Source of the DNA: a virus
Lineage: Duplodnaviria; Caudoviricetes
DNA: 24,806 bases
Strand: one strand, 5' to 3'
IMG/VR virus record: IMGVR_UViG_3300020578_003394
Location: 1-24,806 of that record
Shown here: in pieces, positions 14,243 through 22,328 of the stretch
How positions within the stretch are numbered: position 1 is the stretch's first letter
Layout of the letters: each line of letters begins with the position of its first letter
The notes under the pieces: generated by a model
Told to the model about the DNA's origin: nothing
Seen by the model: the letters and a program-made list of their open reading frames with translations, nothing else
Database searches by the model: none
Position numbers and translations under genes: made by a program

Positions 14243-15823
14243 CTAAATTTCTATAATAGCATGGGAGGTGGTGAGTAAAGTAGACGCAGCGCTTACGGCA
14301 TTTTGTAAAGCACAACGAGTAACCTTAGCTGGGTCTATTATGCCCACGCCAGCCATATCACTATAATGTCCAGTAGCGAAATTCATGCCATCCCAGAATT
14401 CATTATGACTAATTTCAAGATCGTTTAGGATAACATCAGCTTTAAGCCCTGAATTTTCTGATAGTTTTCTTATTGGTTCCTCGCAGGCTTTCATAATAAT
14501 TTCGACACCAAAGCGTTCATCTTGATTTTCTGTAGACACTTCAGTATCTAAATTACGCGATAGTCTGTATAATGCCGTTCCACCTCCCGGCAATACACCT
14601 TCCTGTTGAGCGCTCTTAACGGCTTCTAGGGCGTCCTCTATTCGGTGCTTACGTTCTACCATATCTACTTCAGTTAAGCCTCCTACGCGGATTATGGCGA
14701 TTCCAGAGGCTAATCTGGTTATGCGTTCTTGTATCTTCTGACATTCTCGCATATCTGATGTATTTGAAATTTCTGTTTTTAGAGCTTCTATGCGGCGCTC
14801 AACGTCATCATAGTTACCACCGCCACCAACAACTGTAGTCCAAGTTTTTAATGATTCAACCGTTTTAGCGGTTCCTAAATGCTGGCGCTTTAACTCATTT
14901 ATTGCCAAACCGCTTTCACGGGAAACAAATGTAGCGCCTACTGATAATGCTAAATCACTAAGGATATTTTTGCGCTCTTCTCCATATCTTGGTGCTTTAA
15001 TAGCGGCTATACGCATTGTACCACGAAGTGTATTAAGAATAAGCGCTGCTAACAATTGGCCTTCAATGTTATCGGCAACAATAATAAATGGCTTATTTTC
15101 TCTAGCTACTATTTCTAAAATAGGCATCATTTCATCGATAGATGATAGATTATGATCCGTGACCATGACAAGCGCATTTTCATAACGAACCGCTCCACGT
15201 CTTTCATCGGTTATAAATTGCGTTGACACATAACCGCTATCAAATTGAAAGCCTTCTACGATATCTAATACTGTATCTAGACTTTTTCCTTCTTCAATTG
15301 TTACAGCTCCATCTTTACCAACTTTATCTACTGCTGTAGATATAAGCTTGCCAATTTTGTTATCACCATTTGCAGATATAGTTGCTATATGTTCAATATC
15401 TTCCAATGAAGCAACCGGTTTACTGTGTTCTTTGATTTTAGACACAATCTTGATAGCCGCACTTTCCATGCCACGTTTTAAATCGGTTGGTGAAGCACCG
15501 GCAATAATATATTTTTGCGCTTGATTAACAATGGCCCTTGCTAACACAGTTGCAGTAGTTGTGCCATCGCCAGCTTCTGTTGCTGTTACAGCTGTTGCCT
15601 GTTTTAATACTTGCGCTCCAACATTTTCAAACACATCTTCAAAAACTATTGCTTCAGAACACGTTACACCATCTTTTGTGATTACAGGGCTTTTACCTTT
15701 ATTGTGGATAATAACATTCCGTCCCTTTGGACCAAGAGTGCTACTAACAGCATCAGCTAATTTATTTACACCAGACAAAATTTTAGAATTAAGACTTAAT
15801 CCACTATCATAAACTTTCTTCAC
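14243..15823 (-). CDS. groEL: Chaperonin GroEL (Cpn60)
   Basis: TLGPKGRNV, ITKDGVT, AGDGTTTATVLA, TISANGD, GFQFDSGY, ERITRLASGIAIIRVG, RIEDAL, IIDPAKV. Probable GTG start at 15823 after GAAAGGTG; no GGM tail. Confidence 0.97.
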   Translation of the reverse strand: MKKVYDSGLSLNSKILSGVNKLADAVSSTLGPKGRNVIIHNKGKSPVITKDGVTCSEAIVFEDVFENVGAQVLKQATAVTATEAGDGTTTATVLARAIVNQAQKYIIAGASPTDLKRGMESAAIKIVSKIKEHSKPVASLEDIEHIATISANGDNKIGKLISTAVDKVGKDGAVTIEEGKSLDTVLDIVEGFQFDSGYVSTQFITDERRGAVRYENALVMVTDHNLSSIDEMMPILEIVARENKPFIIVADNIEGQLLAALILNTLRGTMRIAAIKAPRYGEERKNILSDLALSVGATFVSRESGLAINELKRQHLGTAKTVESLKTWTTVVGGGGNYDDVERRIEALKTEISNTSDMRECQKIQERITRLASGIAIIRVGGLTEVDMVERKHRIEDALEAVKSAQQEGVLPGGGTALYRLSRNLDTEVSTENQDERFGVEIIMKACEEPIRKLSENSGLKADVILNDLEISHNEFWDGMNFATGHYSDMAGVGIIDPAKVTRCALQNAVSAASTLLTTSHAIIEI

Positions 15824-15843
15824 AAAACACCACACCTTTCTAG

Positions 15844-16806
15844 TTATGCTTTTCTAACATTATCTATTTCAATTTTTAAATTCTTTTTAAATTTTTTAGA
15901 AAACTCGTCAGACCTAATTTTGTTTAATTCATCTACAATATTTAGCAAATCTGTTCTTCCACTAGACTTAAACACAGAATAGGCAAATATTCTATTATTA
16001 ATAATTTTATCTACTAAATTATTTGCTAGCTGTTTAGAATCGATGCTTTTATCTAATATTTGTTTATTTGTATTAATTAAGCCGCCTATAGTATATTCTA
16101 CTACGTCCGCTAAATGAGGCTCAAATTCTATATCGCCTTGAATATATCTCTTACCGCCAGTATCCGCTTCTAAACCAGTTGTTTGTTGCCCAATTCCAAT
16201 AGGTGTAAATAAGAATTCTTCTTGTATTCTAATTGGTATTGGAAACATTTTATTAACATCATTTTCTAAATCTATTTCTTCACCATATTTTATTGCTAAT
16301 TTATTTATATATTGATTTATGTGACGAAGTTCATGTTTTATAGCTTGCTTAAAAACATCTGCGTTACCGTTATAATTTTTAATATAAAATACAATTTTAA
16401 ATACAGTGTTTATTCTATCTTGTTGATATATAAAAATATCTCCAAATGTTTTTTTATTAGTAATTTTATTAGATAACTCTATCTGTATCGGAAATTTTTG
16501 TTGTATTATTGACTTAATAAATTTTTGATCAAATAGCTTATTTTTTTTATTCCAATATGTTTTTAATTGCGATATCTCAGTAAATTCATTTCCTAAAGCA
16601 TTAGCGTAATATAAAAAAGGCGCACCATTGCTTTGTGCTCTTTGATCGTATAATATTTCATTTAATGGTACGCCAATAGAAATTTTGTGTTCTTCGTTAT
16701 TTTTAAAATATGGTATTAGAGTATTATAGATTTCTTCACTAGCTGTTTTAGAATATTTAAAAAGAGCCTCTTTAAAAAGATTGTTTTTAATTTTTATTTT
16801 AATCAT
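15844..16806 (-). CDS. Hypothetical protein with HExxH zinc-metallopeptidase-like motif and MIKIKIK N-terminus
   Basis: IKHELRHINQ with a downstream Y....IEFEPH; N-terminus MIKIKIKNNLFKEA. Confidence 0.55.
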   Translation of the reverse strand: MIKIKIKNNLFKEALFKYSKTASEEIYNTLIPYFKNNEEHKISIGVPLNEILYDQRAQSNGAPFLYYANALGNEFTEISQLKTYWNKKNKLFDQKFIKSIIQQKFPIQIELSNKITNKKTFGDIFIYQQDRINTVFKIVFYIKNYNGNADVFKQAIKHELRHINQYINKLAIKYGEEIDLENDVNKMFPIPIRIQEEFLFTPIGIGQQTTGLEADTGGKRYIQGDIEFEPHLADVVEYTIGGLINTNKQILDKSIDSKQLANNLVDKIINNRIFAYSVFKSSGRTDLLNIVDELNKIRSDEFSKKFKKNLKIEIDNVRKA

Positions 16807-16815
16807 TTTAATAGG

Positions 16816-18060
16816 CTACCTAGTCTTAATTTTCAAATCATCTTTTTTACCGCTTAACATGTTGCTATGGAATTTAACACTGTGAATTGTTAATGGAGTC
16901 ATCCCGGGGATATCTATAATAATCAAACTGTCTTCTTGTTTAACAAGATCAGCTTTGTTCATACCATTTATTTTGATTTTTTCTAAATCTGGTTTTTCAT
17001 AACCTTCTTCTTCAAGATTTATACCTTCACTTGTGGCAGTTAATTTTAAAAATAAATCATACTCTTGACGTTCTTCTTTGCCACCTAAATGCGCTTCATT
17101 GACCATAGCTACAAGCTCTTTTAATTTCATCCGACGAAGATTGCTTGTTAATACATCGCGCACTTTTTCGTATACTTCACTCATGGCTTCTTTATAAAGA
17201 TCTGGATGTTTTTCTTTCGCGCTTGTCATCCAAGCGGGTGGTTCTAACTCTTCTTTACTGGGATTATAACTTCTAGAGCCGACTTTCCTCGCAAATATTT
17301 GCCTGCCGACAAGCCACCAAGGCTTTCCACTCGGATTACTAACAAGGTTATCGTCTGTTTCATCTCCATAGCCAAGATTTTTATTATATGTAAATCTTAC
17401 GCCTCGTCCTTCTTCAGTAACAAGCTTGATAGACAAGCCTATTTTTTTACCATCTATTGTTGATAAAATTAAGTCAGCTTTATTGTTAGTGCTGCCAACG
17501 CTTTCAGCTGTTTCCACTTCACCTATTTTATCATTTACCAATTTTTTACCTTCTAAAGCAATAGCTAGAGTATCGGCGTAATCACCCTTTAACCTTTGAA
17601 TAACCTCTTCTTTAGAGGCTTCTTCGGTAAGATCTAATCTATTTTTTAATTCTGGTGTTATTTTTTTGTTAAATAAAAATTGCACTATATGTTCTAAAGC
17701 TAGACCTTCGCGTGATCCAATGTCAAATTTATATACTATATATACCCTTCCAGAACCATCTTTATATTCTGCAATTGTTACTTCATTAGAAGAATCAAAT
17801 TTTTTCACTAGCTTATCTTCTAAAGATAAACCTAACTTATTTAAAGCAGAGCGAACTTTTTTTCTAGTTGGCTCTATAGTTTCTTTATCATCAACGCGGA
17901 CAACAATTGCTAAATCACTTTTATTAGAAGAAGAATGCGATAAACCATTGATATCAGATAAAGCTTTTTTGACATCAGATATTAAATCATCTTGCCTGTT
18001 TAGCTCTTCATCTAATTCGTGTTCTATTTGTTCACGAAGATATTTAAATAATTGATTCAT
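16816..18060 (-). CDS. Putative PD-(D/E)xK restriction-endonuclease-like protein
   Basis: EGLALEH helix followed by NKADLIL...IGLSIKL (D..S-x-K variant of the motif). Confidence 0.5.
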   Translation of the reverse strand: MNQLFKYLREQIEHELDEELNRQDDLISDVKKALSDINGLSHSSSNKSDLAIVVRVDDKETIEPTRKKVRSALNKLGLSLEDKLVKKFDSSNEVTIAEYKDGSGRVYIVYKFDIGSREGLALEHIVQFLFNKKITPELKNRLDLTEEASKEEVIQRLKGDYADTLAIALEGKKLVNDKIGEVETAESVGSTNNKADLILSTIDGKKIGLSIKLVTEEGRGVRFTYNKNLGYGDETDDNLVSNPSGKPWWLVGRQIFARKVGSRSYNPSKEELEPPAWMTSAKEKHPDLYKEAMSEVYEKVRDVLTSNLRRMKLKELVAMVNEAHLGGKEERQEYDLFLKLTATSEGINLEEEGYEKPDLEKIKINGMNKADLVKQEDSLIIIDIPGMTPLTIHSVKFHSNMLSGKKDDLKIKTR

Positions 18061-19044
18061 TTATTTTGTTTGTTCTGTTAAATCTTTGCTGATTGTCGTT
18101 GCATCGTCGATGCCTTTTTTGGCCGCTTTTGTATCACTTGCAAAATAAAATTCATTTATATTGTTAACAAGGCTAGTAACATCTGTTAAAACTTTTACTA
18201 CATTGTTTTGTAAATTAGCGGATAGATTGTTAAATGTTTCATTGGTGATACTTAACCTACCAATTTCTTTTGTTTCATATTCTGCTGGGTTGATAGTGTA
18301 TTCAGCACGCCCATCTTTTACTACAGGGATAACGTTTTCAAGCGAATAAAAAACCACTTCTTGTACTGCTTCATTGCCAAACTTATTAGCAATTATAAAG
18401 TTAAGGGCGTTTTTAGGCTGTGTAGGGGTTTCTGCCGCACTTTCAACATCTTCACTTAGCTTTTCTATGCTACTTCTTGCTATTCTAACTCTGCTTTTTG
18501 GTTTTAATAATTTTAGCTGATATTTTGTTTGACCAACCAAAACATCTATTGCACCGCCTGCACTTACTTCCACTTGGTTGCCACCAAAAAGAGCAGCAAA
18601 GAAAGCCTCAAATTGGTATCCAGAAGGGCCGGGAGAAGAACCAATAACAATGTTTTTGAGTATTTTAAGCATCATAAGAGAAGATAAAATCCCCTGAGTA
18701 TCGTTGCTTTTAGAGCTTGGTGCGTTAGCAAAGCTATTTATTACCTGTATTTTTTGTTTTAGATTGCCAGCAGCCTTAATACTTGGACCCATAAATAGCT
18801 CAAATTGTTTTCTTTCTTCGGTATCCACTTTGCCTACAGCTTTTTCATTAAATTCAAACTTTGGCAAAAACTTTATTATGTCGCTAGTAGCGATCTTAGT
18901 GGGCTGTTGTCCAGAAAGCTCGCCTTTTTCTTGCAAACTATTTGCAAGACTCTCTTTTAGCAAGCTGAGAAAACCATCAGCTTGCAAAGTTTTAGTTTTA
19001 GATAAAAATAGTTTTTCTATTTTAGTATTAAATTCATTCGACAT
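18061..19044 (-). CDS. Putative PD-(D/E)xK nuclease-fold protein
   Basis: SGYQFEAFFAALFGG...AIDV....KYQLKLL matches the G..FE / D / QxK arrangement. Confidence 0.5.
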   Translation of the reverse strand: MSNEFNTKIEKLFLSKTKTLQADGFLSLLKESLANSLQEKGELSGQQPTKIATSDIIKFLPKFEFNEKAVGKVDTEERKQFELFMGPSIKAAGNLKQKIQVINSFANAPSSKSNDTQGILSSLMMLKILKNIVIGSSPGPSGYQFEAFFAALFGGNQVEVSAGGAIDVLVGQTKYQLKLLKPKSRVRIARSSIEKLSEDVESAAETPTQPKNALNFIIANKFGNEAVQEVVFYSLENVIPVVKDGRAEYTINPAEYETKEIGRLSITNETFNNLSANLQNNVVKVLTDVTSLVNNINEFYFASDTKAAKKGIDDATTISKDLTEQTK

Positions 19045-19689
19045 TTAAATTACCTCGTCAGCTATGCCGTATTTAACAGCTTCTTGCGCAGAAAGATATA
19101 TATTTACGTGACGCTCTAATAGGTCTTTCATTGCTTTTGGTGTAAGATCTGTTTCTTTAATTAGAGCTTTTGTATAAGCTTCCTGAACAAACTTTATTTC
19201 GTCAAATTCGTTTTGTACATTATGTAATGGGCCTACGGTTCCACCAAGAACTGAATGTATCATGACGCGGGCATGGGCACCGATTTTACGCTTTCCTTTG
19301 GTTCCCGCTGCCATTAGCAGCACACCGGCACTCATTATCTTACCCATGCCTATAGTTTGTATTTCGCATTTTTTGCGCACTTGACGCATCATATCGTAAA
19401 TCGCAAACATATCGCTGGCAGATCCACCATGCGTATTAAGATAAAATTCAATAGGTAAGTTTGTATATTTGTCTTTGCGTTCATTTTTAGGAATCTCGCC
19501 TGTTTTACTTAAGGCAATTAAATTAGATATAACTTCAGCGCATGTTTGTTCCGCAACATCACCAAATAATCCTATTGTTCGCGATGGTTCTTCCATGCTA
19601 GCATCGTTTTGAAAAATAATCAAACCTTCTCTTTCTTCATGCTTATGCTGCTCATCGCTTTTCTTAGGATTATTTTTGGTTGTTTTCAT
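19045..19689 (-). CDS. clpP: ClpP-like serine protease subunit
   Basis: YLNTHGG, GMGKIMSAG (catalytic Ser), GTKGKR, RVMIH (His), YLSAQEAVKYGIADEVI. Confidence 0.9.
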   Translation of the reverse strand: MKTTKNNPKKSDEQHKHEEREGLIIFQNDASMEEPSRTIGLFGDVAEQTCAEVISNLIALSKTGEIPKNERKDKYTNLPIEFYLNTHGGSASDMFAIYDMMRQVRKKCEIQTIGMGKIMSAGVLLMAAGTKGKRKIGAHARVMIHSVLGGTVGPLHNVQNEFDEIKFVQEAYTKALIKETDLTPKAMKDLLERHVNIYLSAQEAVKYGIADEVI

Positions 19690-19690
19690 T

Positions 19691-19963
19691 TTATTTTTCT
19701 TTCTTAGGGGATTTATTTTTGATTATCAAACCATTAAACCATTTTAAATCTAATTCACCTTTTAAATATTTTTCTACATCTTCAAAGTAAACTTTTTTTA
19801 CAGGTTCTGTTTTTACATTATCAAATATCCAATTTATAACAGATTTGGCAACAAATAATTTTTGCGACAAAAACAAATTATCATTTACAGATAAATGTTT
19901 TTTTAATATTGTTCTTATCGCTTGTTCTTTTGTTATATAATTCATTGCCTTGGAATTCTTCAT
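19691..19963 (-). CDS. Hypothetical protein
   Basis: 90-aa ORF tightly packed between neighbours. Confidence 0.6.
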   Translation of the reverse strand: MKNSKAMNYITKEQAIRTILKKHLSVNDNLFLSQKLFVAKSVINWIFDNVKTEPVKKVYFEDVEKYLKGELDLKWFNGLIIKNKSPKKEK

Positions 19964-19968
19964 TTATT

Positions 19969-20346
19969 TTACTTTCTAATTTCTCTTTTACTAAATAGTT
20001 TGTTGCCGTATTCTATCGCCTCATTCCAATTTTTATATTTTAAATCATATGGCAATAAACCTTTTAATTGGTTAATCCAGACATTACCAAAAGAGTTATA
20101 TTTTTCTTCTATAGAATTTATTACTTTCCTTCTTTCTTCGTTATATGCTGGATCGTCTTCGCTGGCTCTGTCATACACAATATTAATAATTTGTAATACT
20201 TGATATTTGTATTGCAGCAAATACAATGATCCAAGCAAAAATTGCAATTCAATTCGCTTGAATGAATCACGAATAACAATATTTTTTCCCAACTCAAACA
20301 TTACATAACAAGCTATGAACCCTGCTACAAACCATAAGAATGACAT
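19969..20346 (-). CDS. Hypothetical protein with N-terminal membrane anchor
   Basis: Start reassigned to MSFLWFVAGFIACYVMF (20346); the longer ORF-track start runs through a hairpin. Confidence 0.6.
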   Translation of the reverse strand: MSFLWFVAGFIACYVMFELGKNIVIRDSFKRIELQFLLGSLYLLQYKYQVLQIINIVYDRASEDDPAYNEERRKVINSIEEKYNSFGNVWINQLKGLLPYDLKYKNWNEAIEYGNKLFSKREIRK

Positions 20347-20360
20347 ATAAATTATATAAT

Positions 20361-20404
20361 AAAAAACCCGCACCACCAAGTATACCAAGGATAGAGCGGG
20401 GTTT
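20361..20404 (-). terminator. Possible terminator hairpin
   Basis: AAACCCGC...GCGGGGTTT arms with a large loop, followed on the minus strand by a T-tract. Confidence 0.4.
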
Positions 20405-20420
20405 AAACTGTTAAAAAATT

Positions 20421-20693
20421 CTATTCTTCTTCGCTAACTACTTCTTTTAATAATGGTAAAACAGAACCTTCATCTAGATTTTCCATGAATGCTTCAAAAG
20501 CATCTCTAGGAATAGTGCTTTCGTCTAATACTTCTAGTAAGTCAATTAGCGCCTGCTTGGATACTGTATCATCTGAAGTAGCATAACCATCGGCATAGCC
20601 TTCTACCAATCTTTGGTAGGAATCAGGAGATTCAGAAATCTTTTCTACTTCTTCTGAAATTATTTGCTTTAATTGTTTTTTTGTGAGTTCCAT
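20421..20693 (-). CDS. Acidic hypothetical protein with MELTK..LKQIISEE leader
   Basis: 90 aa; AAGGA RBS; shared leader motif. Confidence 0.75.
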   Translation of the reverse strand: MELTKKQLKQIISEEVEKISESPDSYQRLVEGYADGYATSDDTVSKQALIDLLEVLDESTIPRDAFEAFMENLDEGSVLPLLKEVVSEEE

Positions 20694-20706
20694 GATTTAT
20701 CCTTAA

Positions 20707-20754
20707 CCTAAAGCACCGGCACACCTTTTTACGGGATATGCCGGTGAGCTTAGG
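20707..20754 (-). other. Long GC-rich intergenic stem-loop
   Basis: Minus strand CCTAAGCTCACCGGCATA...TGTGCCGGTGCTTTAGG, about 17 bp imperfect stem, ending just before the RBS of 20421..20693; no U-tract. Confidence 0.7.
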
Positions 20755-20775
20755 AAATAATACTATGACTATTTG

Positions 20776-21657
20776 TTATACTTTCTTCTTGTTACCACCT
20801 AGTGTTGCAAGATTTTTACCACCATGGCTTACAGTGTGTTCGGCTTTTGCTGTTACGGTTTCTAGTGAGTGACCGCCTTTACCGCCCTTATCGCCCTTGG
20901 CCATGGTCATATCTGCATGACCCTTATAAACATCATACTTATTCTTACCTTGTTTTAGAAGTGGACCACCACCTTCGGCACTAGTAGCTTCTTCTAGGGT
21001 CTTTTTGTCTTCTTCTTTATCCTTCTCTTCTGCTGGTTTGGAGGCTGCTTTAGCTGCCATCTTTGCAGGAACGCCTTTCTTGCCCTTCTTGGCTTTTGCC
21101 TTTTTTGCTTCTTCCATTAAGCGAGCAGTAACGCGAGTTAGGACAGCTTCAACTAGTGCGTCTTCAGAAAGAGCAGAGGCAGAAGCGGCAGACTCATCCA
21201 TTTCTTCTTCATCGGCTTCTTCTTCCTCTTCGCCGCCTTCTTCTTCACCTTTTTCCTCTTCGCCGCCCATATCCATTTCCGCTCCTGATTCTTCACCTCC
21301 TTCTTCTTCCACGGAAATATCACCTACGTCCACACCAGCTTGTTTTAGACCGGCTAGGAGCGCATCAACTGCGGCCTTAACAACAGCCTTTGCGTCAACA
21401 CCACCAGCGTCATCTAATTCTACATCCATACCTTCTTTTTCTGCGATAGCTGGAGCTGGTGCAGGTACACCATCGGCGGACCCATCTACTTCTGCTAGGC
21501 ATTTTTCGTTTTCTGGGAGTGTATATTCAGGGAGAGATGCATCTTGTTGGATTTGGCCACCGCGTTCTACCACAACGTTTCTAGCTAATGGTTCAAGATT
21601 AGCTAATTTCATGAAACGACGAATTTCTGTTTCATTTAATAATTCTTTTTTGCTCAT
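20776..21657 (-). CDS. Acidic low-complexity protein, putative prohead core/scaffold-like
   Basis: LLNETEIRRFMKLANL N-terminus, E/G-rich tracts, amphipathic LVEAVLTRVTARLMEE helix, K/G-rich C-terminus; AGGAG RBS and ACTATTTAT upstream. Confidence 0.55.
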   Translation of the reverse strand: MSKKELLNETEIRRFMKLANLEPLARNVVVERGGQIQQDASLPEYTLPENEKCLAEVDGSADGVPAPAPAIAEKEGMDVELDDAGGVDAKAVVKAAVDALLAGLKQAGVDVGDISVEEEGGEESGAEMDMGGEEEKGEEEGGEEEEEADEEEMDESAASASALSEDALVEAVLTRVTARLMEEAKKAKAKKGKKGVPAKMAAKAASKPAEEKDKEEDKKTLEEATSAEGGGPLLKQGKNKYDVYKGHADMTMAKGDKGGKGGHSLETVTAKAEHTVSHGGKNLATLGGNKKKV

Positions 21658-21700
21658 GTATTATCTCCTAAGATATTGTATGAATACATACAAATTTAAA

Positions 21701-21709
21701 ATAAATAGT
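21701..21709 (-). promoter_or_regulatory. ACTATTTAT motif (putative late promoter)
   Basis: Exact copy upstream of 20776..21657; a second variant ACTAATTAT lies at 21744-21752. Confidence 0.6.
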
Positions 21710-21747
21710 TGTATTGGCCAGTAAAAGTATAAAATAATGCACTATAA

Positions 21748-22005
21748 TTAGTAGATGGACTCTTTTACACTATTAAGTTTATTCAAAGCTTCATCTTCTA
21801 TTTGTTTAACCCGTACAAAACTACATCCTAGCCGCTTTGCTACATCTCTTAAAGTTAGTTGCCTACCGTCTTGTTCTGCCAAGGCGACGGTTTCTAAAAC
21901 ACAATTATATTCGCTTTCATAATTAACCCAATTACGGCAACCACTATTTGGACATGAAACATTAAGATTTTTGCAGGCGTTTAAACATTGCATATTAGAA
22001 CTCAT
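21748..22005 (-). CDS. Stand-alone sigma70 region-4 HTH protein with N-terminal Cys cluster
   Basis: LTLRDVAKRLGCSFVRVKQIEDEALNKL matches sigma70 region 4.2 (TL.EVG..F.VTRERIRQIE..AL.KL); five Cys in the N-terminal 36 aa. Confidence 0.8.
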   Translation of the reverse strand: MSSNMQCLNACKNLNVSCPNSGCRNWVNYESEYNCVLETVALAEQDGRQLTLRDVAKRLGCSFVRVKQIEDEALNKLNSVKESIY

Positions 22006-22328
22006 AAGTCGGGATTCTCACTTTCTAGTATATCAAAAATATTTTCTATTTCTTCATCATCAAATAAAAATGTATCTATCTGCTTTTTTTCTTCTTTTCT
22101 ATCATTTTTTCTATTTCTATTTATTCTTTTACTACGTAAATCAGCAACTGCATAATCTATATAATCACGAATATGCGGATTATTATCCAGATAACCTTTA
22201 ATAATATAATTAAAAAACATTGTTTGTGTTAATTGATCATATTTTAACTGTATTCTTAATCTTGCATGTGTGTCTTCTTCTAACGCAAAGAAAAAAGCCT
22301 TACGGTTATCTTTCTTTTCATTATCCAT
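22002..22328 (-). CDS. Putative ribbon-helix-helix DNA-binding protein
   Basis: Beta strand KAFFFAL, then helices EDTHARLRIQL and TQTMFFNYIIKGYL; ATGA overlap with the sigma-r4 gene. Confidence 0.5.
   Translation of the reverse strand: MDNEKKDNRKAFFFALEEDTHARLRIQLKYDQLTQTMFFNYIIKGYLDNNPHIRDYIDYAVADLRSKRINRNRKNDRKEEKKQIDTFLFDDEEIENIFDILESENPDL

Noticed and set aside
16816-19044. Restriction-modification or other host defence island
   Set aside because: No methyltransferase or other defence-system partner in the window; the context is phage virion and chaperone genes.
7465-19999. Intragenic ACTATTTA matches at 7465, 9938 and 19992
   Set aside because: 8-mer matches inside coding DNA are expected by chance in AT-rich sequence. 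Those at 7465 and 19992 are near downstream starts and might be real, but cannot be supported here.
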